A stretch of DNA of 64,000 nt from an uncultured Alphaproteobacteria bacterium (GTDB lineage Bacteria > Pseudomonadota > Alphaproteobacteria > Rickettsiales > CAIJLX01): assembly GCA_903821695.1 (NCBI GenBank), contig CAIJLX010000053.1, positions 13,826 through 77,825 on the forward strand, read 5' to 3'. Below, one piece after another: positions 18,331 to 25,620 of the stretch; the stretch's first letter is position 1; every line of letters begins with the position of its first letter. Below the pieces are notes generated by a model that worked only from the letters and a program-made list of their open reading frames with translations, did no database searches and was not told the origin of the DNA. The translations under genes and the position numbers were made by a program.

Positions 18331-20340
18331 CTAGAAAGTAAGTGGACGTGGGTCGTTAGTGAATTTACGGTATAATTTTTTATCCGCTGCATCAACGCCA
18401 AAGCCCGGCACAATGGTTGCTTTGATGAAGATGACTGTTTCAACCACTTCCGTATCTTTAGACGTTTTTTTGAATAAATATCCGGCGAACGGTATGTTGC
18501 TTAAATAAGGAATCCCGGTATCTGAATTTGCCGTCTTGTTTTCCATAAGGCCGCCAATGACCATTACCTGACCACTTTTAATTTTCAGAATCGAGTCCAG
18601 CTCACGCACTTCTATGATGGGTACGGCGCTACTGATATTGGGAGCATCAGGATCGTCTTTTTTAAGCTGCGCGACCTGAAGCTGCACTGCCGGATCTTCT
18701 ACCGAAGTAGTACTTCTGGTAAGCGTTGGCCGAACATTCATCGTAATTTCATTGGTATCGAGATTGATAGAGGGCTGCAATGTGAGAATAACGCCGATCG
18801 GCACCGTGTGTGGCGTGCTGCTGTAATTGTTCTGAGTAGTTCCCTGACCGGTAGCTGTACTACTTGTACTATTTTGCTGAATTTGCAGCTCAAAATAAAC
18901 TAGATTTTTTGCAAATGTCAGTACTGCCTGTTGATTATTGATAGCATTAATACGCGGGCTAGAAAGGGTGCGAGTTACACCGAATGTTTCGGCAAATTGT
19001 ATAAACCCATCCAGATTAAGTCCTTTGATGCCCAACACTTCTTGATTGGGCAATGTCGCGGCGAATATGCCGTCAGTGCTGCTAATATTCGAATTGGTAA
19101 AATTGCTACGGATCTGCAGGTTGGTTAGTTTTTTAGAAACAATACTCCAATCAATACCGCTTTGATGCTCTTTATTGAGCGTGACTTCCACCACTTTTGC
19201 CTCAATCAAGACCTGCGCCGATTGCTGGCGCTTAATTTGATTCAAAAATTTGGTAACTTCACGGTGCTGGCGCTGGTTGGCAAGCACCGAAATTAACCCC
19301 GCTTGTTTGTTAATCGAAAGCAATGATGCACCAGAAGGCACAATATCCGATGCATCTGCACCTTCGGATTTTACTTTCGGCGAACGATCGACATTCAGCG
19401 GCGGCGTTACGCGCACAGGCTGCCCGACTGCTGGTGGTGTGCCAGCAGCTGCGACCGGCGGTGTTTCACCAAGCACCTCACCCAAACCATCGTCACTCAC
19501 GCTGCGCGATGTTGCATTTTCTGAAATGCCGGGAGAATTTTTGCCATAGAGTTTGAGAATATTTTCGATATTTTTCTCAACTGATTTCCATAAATCACCT
19601 TCGTAATCCGATTTAAGAGAGCTTTGTGAGCCGCTCGTAAGGCTGCCGCCTCCTCCTCCACCTCCACCGCCACCACCCAATACCTGGGTGGAGAGATTGG
19701 TGCTGCCGCTGTTTGAGCGATTGAGGTTTAGGAAATCGACCTGATAGTTTTCAACATACGGAAAATCGCGCTCGACTTTTAAAACACCGTTTTGCACCGA
19801 ATAGCGCAAACCGGTGAGCTCGCAAATACGATCGATCACCTCAGAAAAAGGCTTATCTTTGGCGCGAAAAATAATGCCGCCACGGATGTTGGGATCAAGT
19901 TCGATATCGATATCGGCACGGCGAGCCAGTTCCACCAGCACTTCTTTGAGCGGCACATCTTCGGTAACATTCAGCGTGATGAGTTTATCTTTACCAACCA
20001 TCGGCGCCTTGGGGTCGATCAGTAATTGTGATACACTTGGAATCGCGGGTTCATTGTATTTATCAGATCGCAGTGATGGCGTGGTTGGCGTGAGTGCGTC
20101 GAGATAATCTTCACGTGTGCGTCCAGTATCAGGATCAATCACATCTTTGCCGAATTTTTTCTCGAGGCCTTTGAGTGTTTTATCGCTGATTTCGTCAACT
20201 TTTTTATCGGCCGCATCTAGTGCGTCGCTGGCTTTGTCTTTTGCAGTGTTTGCCGTCTCGCAAGAAGCAAGCGAGAACACGAGGAAGAGCGCGGCGAGAA
20301 CGCCGCTAACCGAACTGCGTACTGATGACAAAGTTACCAC
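18331..20340 (-). CDS. Secretin (T2SS/T4P family, MshL/PilQ-like) with a lipoprotein signal
   Basis: Lipobox LVFSLASC. N-domains LKEVLVELARRADIDIELD and FSEVIDRICELTGLRYSV. C-terminal secretin core VLIEAKVVEVTLN...VMVIGGLMENKTANSDTGIPYLSNIPFAGYLFK. The GTG start lies 3 nt after the pilD stop. Confidence 0.85.
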   Translation of the reverse strand: MVTLSSVRSSVSGVLAALFLVFSLASCETANTAKDKASDALDAADKKVDEISDKTLKGLEKKFGKDVIDPDTGRTREDYLDALTPTTPSLRSDKYNEPAIPSVSQLLIDPKAPMVGKDKLITLNVTEDVPLKEVLVELARRADIDIELDPNIRGGIIFRAKDKPFSEVIDRICELTGLRYSVQNGVLKVERDFPYVENYQVDFLNLNRSNSGSTNLSTQVLGGGGGGGGGGGSLTSGSQSSLKSDYEGDLWKSVEKNIENILKLYGKNSPGISENATSRSVSDDGLGEVLGETPPVAAAGTPPAVGQPVRVTPPLNVDRSPKVKSEGADASDIVPSGASLLSINKQAGLISVLANQRQHREVTKFLNQIKRQQSAQVLIEAKVVEVTLNKEHQSGIDWSIVSKKLTNLQIRSNFTNSNISSTDGIFAATLPNQEVLGIKGLNLDGFIQFAETFGVTRTLSSPRINAINNQQAVLTFAKNLVYFELQIQQNSTSSTATGQGTTQNNYSSTPHTVPIGVILTLQPSINLDTNEITMNVRPTLTRSTTSVEDPAVQLQVAQLKKDDPDAPNISSAVPIIEVRELDSILKIKSGQVMVIGGLMENKTANSDTGIPYLSNIPFAGYLFKKTSKDTEVVETVIFIKATIVPGFGVDAADKKLYRKFTNDPRPLTF

Positions 20341-20343
20341 ACT

Positions 20344-21147
20344 CTACTTATTGATTGTAACCACGCTAAATTCAACGATAAAATCAATAATCTGCTGGAA
20401 ACCGCTCACAATAAAAACGGGAAACAGAACGCACATCAATAAGGCCAGCGCGAGCGCGGGTCCGAATGCGAAATGTCCTTCTTCCGTACGGCTTGCAAGG
20501 CCCGCCGTAAAAATGCCCATCATGCCGGAGAAAAAACAAAATGGTGCAAGCAGCGACCAATCGAGATAAAGCCCAGCCACCGCCAAAAATTTTATATCAC
20601 CCCAACCCAAGCCTTCGCGTTTTTTCCACACCACCATCAGCCAACGCAAAAATAATCCAAACGCAAACCCGACTGCGGCGAGCACTATCGCGATCAACCA
20701 GGGTTTCCCGGTAGCCCATACATGCAACAAACCAAGCCCCCCCAGCGCAACTTGAATTTCATCTGGGATGATCATGTGCTCGAGATCAATCGCTGTTAAA
20801 ATAACCAAACACAGCGCAACTAAACAAAGAACTGCAGCAAGAAATGTCGCCCCATATATTCCGCCAATCAGCGCGAAGAGTGAAGCGCAAATAAGCTCCA
20901 CCCAAAAATAACGTGGATTAATTTGCTTGCGGCACGCATGACATTTTCCACGCTGCCAGAGATAAGAAAAAAGTGGAATGAGTTGCGGCACCTTCAACTG
21001 CGCATTGCATTTTGGGCAGTGCGATGGCGTGCGAATAATTTCTTCCTCTTGCGGCAGACGGTGAATCAGCATATTGGCGAAGCTGCCCAAACAAGAACCC
21101 ACCACCGCGAATAGACTTACAACTAAAGGCAAATTCAGCACTTCCAT
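20344..21147 (-). CDS. pilD: Prepilin peptidase / N-methyltransferase (peptidase A24)
   Basis: N-terminal Zn-finger-like HCPKCNAQL...GKCHACRKQI, multi-TM body, and catalytic Asp motifs (IIPDE, GWGDIKF). Confidence 0.9.
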   Translation of the reverse strand: MEVLNLPLVVSLFAVVGSCLGSFANMLIHRLPQEEEIIRTPSHCPKCNAQLKVPQLIPLFSYLWQRGKCHACRKQINPRYFWVELICASLFALIGGIYGATFLAAVLCLVALCLVILTAIDLEHMIIPDEIQVALGGLGLLHVWATGKPWLIAIVLAAVGFAFGLFLRWLMVVWKKREGLGWGDIKFLAVAGLYLDWSLLAPFCFFSGMMGIFTAGLASRTEEGHFAFGPALALALLMCVLFPVFIVSGFQQIIDFIVEFSVVTINK

Positions 21148-21178
21148 CCGTTACTTTCCTTCATTTCGCAGAAATGAT

Positions 21179-22534
21179 ATGCTCCCATCCGCGATGCGTA
21201 AAACCACATATTTCATCTCTGCATTCATCACTATATCTCTCGGCATAGCAACTGCAATCCCTGACTCTCGCGCGGATGAAGCCAAAACGCTCGCCGGCAG
21301 TTATGAGGGCAGTAATGTTACTGGCGGTAAAGGTGATGATGTCATTTATGCCGATGGCCCACCCTTCACAAAAAGCACCTTTCCCGGATTGATTTTATGG
21401 CTGGATGCTTCCGATTCCACAAGTATGGCGATGAAACCCGCCACTCAACCACCGTTGGGTGAAACCAAGGGTGAACTAAAACCTTATATCAGCCAATGGA
21501 TGGATAAATCCGGCACTGGAAACCATGCTACCATTATGTGCTCGGAAACTAATTTCCGCTTTGAACAAGTGCCGATCGGGAAACAAAATCCGCGCGCCAA
21601 TGTTTCGCTAGAACAAAATGGAAATTGCCTGCAGGTGCCCAATCTTGATAGCAACCAATTCACTGTTTATTTTGTTCATGCTGGCGGCAAACCTTTTAGC
21701 CTTTTTTCAACCAATGATAGTGGCTGGCAAGTGGCACTCGATCAGCCCCCGGGCCAGAATGGCTTCTTTATGAGTAAGCTCGGCGGCACCGTCACAAAAA
21801 GCAAACTTAAAACATCCTACGGTGAACCGCAGGAAATTTTTGGTGTTACCTATGACGGAAAAGCCGCCACTTTTTACTCCACGAAACAAGGGGAAGAAAA
21901 AGTGACTTATAAAGGCGATGGTTTTAATTCAACCGGCGGCAATTATACCTTCGGCCCGCCGGGCATGTCGGCTGCTGAAGTGCTTGTTTTTAATACTGCC
22001 CTCACCCCACAAAATCGTGCAATTCTTCATGAATATTTGGCACATAAATATCATATTTCCCTCCCCGGAAAAAAGATCGGCGTGAATATGCTGACTGGTG
22101 GTCTCGGAGCCGATAAATTCACCTGGACAGAAAACAGTAATTTCGACGCACCGGGCACAGACCGGCTTGTTTATGATTCCACCGGCCGCGTACTTGATAT
22201 TGTTAATTCCTATGGCCCACAAACCTTCATCTGGGATGGCATGAAATTGACCAATGTCACCATCGATCACATCACCGATTTTAGCGGTGCCGCCAGCGGA
22301 CAATATGACAAAATCGACATTTCGGCCTTCGAATTAGCCGGTAATGTTCAGGTGACGGGCTTGGGCAGTTTAACCGGCATTCCCAACCAGTTAGCGTGGT
22401 TTCAAAGCACCCTCAACACCATCGTCCAATTTGACCGCACCGGCGACCGCAAACCCGATTGGGAAATCGTGCTCGAAAGTTTCAATGCCATCGATTTAAA
22501 GCCAGAAGATTTTATCCTTCCACCCGCCAAATAA
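21179..22534 (+). CDS. Secreted LamG/concanavalin-like domain protein with RTX-type Ca-binding nonamers and an RTX-style C-terminal module
   Basis: Sec-type signal MLPSAMRKTTYFISAFITISLGIATA. GGKGDDVIYADG and GGLGADKFTW repeats. LamG-like signature LILWLDASD...ISQWMDKSGTGNHA...AEVLVFNTALTPQNRAILHEYLAHKY. C-terminus HITDF...YDKIDISAF...LKPEDFIL. Confidence 0.6.
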   Translation: MLPSAMRKTTYFISAFITISLGIATAIPDSRADEAKTLAGSYEGSNVTGGKGDDVIYADGPPFTKSTFPGLILWLDASDSTSMAMKPATQPPLGETKGELKPYISQWMDKSGTGNHATIMCSETNFRFEQVPIGKQNPRANVSLEQNGNCLQVPNLDSNQFTVYFVHAGGKPFSLFSTNDSGWQVALDQPPGQNGFFMSKLGGTVTKSKLKTSYGEPQEIFGVTYDGKAATFYSTKQGEEKVTYKGDGFNSTGGNYTFGPPGMSAAEVLVFNTALTPQNRAILHEYLAHKYHISLPGKKIGVNMLTGGLGADKFTWTENSNFDAPGTDRLVYDSTGRVLDIVNSYGPQTFIWDGMKLTNVTIDHITDFSGAASGQYDKIDISAFELAGNVQVTGLGSLTGIPNQLAWFQSTLNTIVQFDRTGDRKPDWEIVLESFNAIDLKPEDFILPPAK

Positions 22535-22612
22535 TTACAATTAGAGCTAAATTTCGTTCCACTGTCCTATCCGCCTTTCCCTGTTAGAACAGGATATGAT
22601 ATAATCACCTCA

Positions 22613-24889
22613 ATGATTCGCAAATCCTCAGCACAGCGCGGCTTTACCTTAATTGAGCTTGCTATTGTACTGACCACGATGTCGGTCGGCTTTGCCTCTG
22701 CCATTTCTATCGCCAGCTCCAAAGCCGGCATTGTACAAACCAAAGAAACCTCACGCGAATTGACGGATCTTGATAAATCGATTGTCTCTTACGTAAAAAA
22801 ACATGGCACCTTGCCCTGCCCGGCGGATGCAACGGTTGATATGTCTGCGTCAAATGCAGGTCTCAGCAAACCGAACCCTGACGATGACCCGACTAATACT
22901 TCCTGCCGTTTAGCAAATCAAGTGACAGAAGATGGCATGGCCGTTGGCATGCTTCCTTTCCGTACGCTCAATGTTCCTAGTTCTTATGCCATTGATGCCT
23001 ATGGCAACCGCCTTACTTACGCAGTTACCGAAACTTTAACCGATCAAAGTACCTGTAACAACGCCCAAGGCATCATCACCCTTATGGATGAAACCGGTGC
23101 CATCAACGTAAACAACGCCGCTTATGTTCTCCTCAGCCACGGCAAAAATGGTGTCGGTGCATGGCCATTTTCTTGGCATGACCAGCGCCTCCCCCCACCG
23201 CGAAATATTCTTAATGAAGCCGAAAACGAAAATAGTCATATCCGTGATAATCAATTCAATAGCCTTTTTGTACGCAATAAAAGCCCACTTGTCGGCTTTG
23301 ACGATCAACTTACTTATAAAACCAGAGCACAATTAGGCTTAAGCTGCAATTCGCCTGGAAGTTCGAGTAGCAGCTCTTCTTCGAGCTCGAGTTCTGGCTC
23401 AGGTTCGGGTTCTGGCTCAGGTTCGGGTTCTGGCTCGGGTTCTGGCTCAGGCAGTTCTTCTACTAGTAGTGGGAGTACAGCCTCTTCGAGTAGTAGTTCT
23501 TCTTCCTCGGCCAGCTCATCTTCCAGTAGCAGCTCTTCTTCGTCCTCTAGTAGTTCTTCTTCCAGTAGTAGCTCCTCTTCTTCTAGTAGTTCATCTTCGA
23601 GCAGCAGCTCTAGCTCAGGCGCGGCATGTAATGGTTTCACAGATTATGATGCTTGTAGAATGGCGTCAGAAGCAACTGCGTATAGTGTTTGCGCCGATAA
23701 AGGAAGGTTGCTGCAAACCACTGTGTTTAATTGCACACAAATCTCAGTTGGCTGTTATCAAGCCGCAGGAACATTTGTGTGCTCCTCAACGTGCACTCCC
23801 GGCGGTGTCTCCTGTAAAAATGATTCTGGCAACATTGTCGCTTGTGTAGGTGGAACATGTAGCGGTTTATTCCTGGATAGTAGCTCTGGTGGAAGTGGCA
23901 GTAGCTCTTCTTCAGGCAGCAGTTCGTCCTCTTCTAGTAGTTCCTCTTCTTCAAGCAGTAGTTCGTCCTCTTCCTCTTCGAGCAGTAGTAGCTCTTCTTC
24001 AAGCAGCGGTTCTTCTTCCTCTTCGAGTAGCAGTAGCTCTTCTTCAAGCAGTAGTTCATCGTCTTCCTCAAGTAGCTCCTCGTCCTCTTCAAGCAGCAGC
24101 TCTTCTTCCTCTTCGAGTAGCGGTAGCTCGTCTTCAAGCAGTAGTTCATCGTCTTCCTCAAGTAGCTCCTCGTCTTCTTCGAGCAGTAGCTCTTCCTCCT
24201 CGAGTAGTGGAAGCTCATCTTCTTCATCTAGCAGCTCATCTTCTTCAAGCAGCAGCTCGTCTTCCTCTTCGAGCAGTAGTTCAAGTTCAGGCGGAAGCCA
24301 TGGCATCACAACTATTACTGCGGTCGGAGCAGGAATGTGGCCCGTGCCGGCTGGTGTTACAACTATCTCTATTCAGGCCTGGGGTGGCGGTGGCGGTGGT
24401 GGCAGTGGCGACGATGGTGGAAATGGCGTTGGTGGGAATGGTGGTGCGGGTGGTGCAAATATGATTGCTTCAAGTGTGAGCGTTACACCTGGCCAAAATA
24501 TTAGTTATGTTGTTGGTGGCGGAGGAAGCACAACTTCTGTCGGTAGCTGTATCGTTGGCGGAACAGGCGGAAATACAACGGTCATCGTAAACGGAAACAC
24601 CTATACTGCCGGTGGTGGAAATGGTGGTCCTTCTTGTGGCGATTACAGCACCCCAACGGCGGGTGGGGTGGCCACAGGTGGCAGCACGAATGTGACTGGC
24701 GGCACAGGTGCCGCTCACTCTAGTAATAATGGTGGCGCGGGTGGCGCGGGCGCTAATGGTGGCGCAGGTGGCGCAGGTGGAAGTGCTGCAGGTTCACCAG
24801 GTACAGCGCCGGGCGGTGGTGGTGGTGGTGGCGCGAGGAACTATGTTGGCGGCAATGGCGCGCGTGGCCAGATTATAATTACTTGGTAA
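22613..24889 (+). CDS. Giant (758 aa) type IV pilin/pseudopilin-like protein with poly-Ser spacers, a Cys-rich module and a Gly-rich C-terminal domain
   Basis: Prepilin signal MIRKSSAQRG|FTLIELAIV (Glu+5). Pseudopilin-like globular region (DAYGNRLTYAV, YVLLSHGKNGVGAW). Two long Ser/Gly-Ser tracts flank a 10-Cys segment. C-terminal domain PAGVTTISIQAWGGGGGGG...GARGQIIITW. Confidence 0.8.
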   Translation: MIRKSSAQRGFTLIELAIVLTTMSVGFASAISIASSKAGIVQTKETSRELTDLDKSIVSYVKKHGTLPCPADATVDMSASNAGLSKPNPDDDPTNTSCRLANQVTEDGMAVGMLPFRTLNVPSSYAIDAYGNRLTYAVTETLTDQSTCNNAQGIITLMDETGAINVNNAAYVLLSHGKNGVGAWPFSWHDQRLPPPRNILNEAENENSHIRDNQFNSLFVRNKSPLVGFDDQLTYKTRAQLGLSCNSPGSSSSSSSSSSSSGSGSGSGSGSGSGSGSGSGSSSTSSGSTASSSSSSSSSASSSSSSSSSSSSSSSSSSSSSSSSSSSSSSSSSSSGAACNGFTDYDACRMASEATAYSVCADKGRLLQTTVFNCTQISVGCYQAAGTFVCSSTCTPGGVSCKNDSGNIVACVGGTCSGLFLDSSSGGSGSSSSSGSSSSSSSSSSSSSSSSSSSSSSSSSSSSSSGSSSSSSSSSSSSSSSSSSSSSSSSSSSSSSSSSSSSSGSSSSSSSSSSSSSSSSSSSSSSSSSSSSGSSSSSSSSSSSSSSSSSSSSSSSSSSGGSHGITTITAVGAGMWPVPAGVTTISIQAWGGGGGGGSGDDGGNGVGGNGGAGGANMIASSVSVTPGQNISYVVGGGGSTTSVGSCIVGGTGGNTTVIVNGNTYTAGGGNGGPSCGDYSTPTAGGVATGGSTNVTGGTGAAHSSNNGGAGGAGANGGAGGAGGSAAGSPGTAPGGGGGGGARNYVGGNGARGQIIITW
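23357..23617 (+). repeat. Coding low-complexity tract 1: Ser and (Gly-Ser)n, built from short tandem units
   Basis: The unit ggctcaggttcgggttct is repeated in tandem around 23395-23452, flanked by mixed agc/agt/tct/tcg Ser codons. Confidence 0.9.
23878..24290 (+). repeat. Coding low-complexity tract 2: about 137 aa of nearly pure Ser with a 90-nt tandem duplication
   Basis: An exact 44-nt string (tcttcaagcagtagttcatcgtcttcctcaagtagctcctcgtc) occurs at 24041 and 24131. tcttcttcctcttcgagtagc occurs at 24011 and 24101. Both pairs are 90 nt apart. Confidence 0.9.
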
Positions 24890-25592
24890 ACACCAACATA
24901 TAATTCACGCTCACATCCTTCGTTACTTTCCATTGCTGTGAGATGGGCGTAAATGAAAAACCGTCGATCGCGACTAATTGCAGATTATGTTTTTCTGCTT
25001 CGGTAATAATTTCGGCAGGCTTTAGGAATTTTTTCCACTCATGCGTGCCGCGCGGCAACCAGCGCAAAACCATTTCCGCACCAACGATAGCGGTGAGGTA
25101 GGATTTCGCAGTGCGGTTTAACGTAGAGATAAATAACATGCCGCCGGGCTTTAAACGCGCAGCGCAGGTTGCGATGAATTGCGGTACATGATCAACATGC
25201 TCGATAATTTCAAGCGCGGTGACGACATCATATGGCGGCGCATTTAATTCTTCTGCCGTAGTGAAGCGGTAATCGATGGAGAGGTTTTCTTTCTCTGCAT
25301 GCAGTTTCGCAATTTTGATATTTTTTTCGCTGGCATCGATCGCGGTCACTTGTGCGCCTAAGCGTGCGAGTGGCTCGGCAAGCAAACCGCCGCCGCAGCC
25401 AATATCCAAAAGGCGCAGTTTTTTAAAATCACCGCCAAGTTTTTCTTTGATATAGCGGATGCGGCTGGGGTTCATTTGGTGAAGAGGTTTGAATTTTCCA
25501 TTCACATCCCACCATTCTTCCGCCATCGCCGAAAACTTGGCGATTTCGGCAGGGTTCGCAGTGTTCGATTTTTTGTTGGATTCGGCGTGCAT
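24879..25592 (-). CDS. ubiG: Ubiquinone biosynthesis O-methyltransferase
   Basis: EIAKFSAMAEEWWDVNGKFKPLHQMNPSRIRYI, LLDIGCGGGLLAEPLARLGA, VTALEIIEHV. Confidence 0.9.
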   Translation of the reverse strand: MHAESNKKSNTANPAEIAKFSAMAEEWWDVNGKFKPLHQMNPSRIRYIKEKLGGDFKKLRLLDIGCGGGLLAEPLARLGAQVTAIDASEKNIKIAKLHAEKENLSIDYRFTTAEELNAPPYDVVTALEIIEHVDHVPQFIATCAARLKPGGMLFISTLNRTAKSYLTAIVGAEMVLRWLPRGTHEWKKFLKPAEIITEAEKHNLQLVAIDGFSFTPISQQWKVTKDVSVNYMLVFTK

Positions 25593-25620
25593 AAGCGTTA
25601 GCTATAGAATTACTTATCCC

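Noticed and set aside
23357-24290. Possibility that the periodic repeats are a CRISPR array or a satellite outside a gene.
   Set aside because: There are no unique spacers between constant repeats. The periodicity is a multiple of 3, and the region stays in frame inside one long ORF.
23314-24464. Long ORFs overlapping the pilin Ser tracts. On the minus strand: acidic ELLLEE-type ORFs at 23314..23640 and 23758..24309, and a K/R/S/Y-rich ORF at 23934..24227. On the plus strand in another frame: 23469..23849 and 23850..24464.
   Set aside because: They are mirror or frame-shift images of the poly-Ser codon repeats (agc/tct/tcg read as Leu/Glu/Ala/Val) and have no independent start context. The Ser frame is continuous with a recognisable pilin N-terminus and a Gly-rich C-domain.
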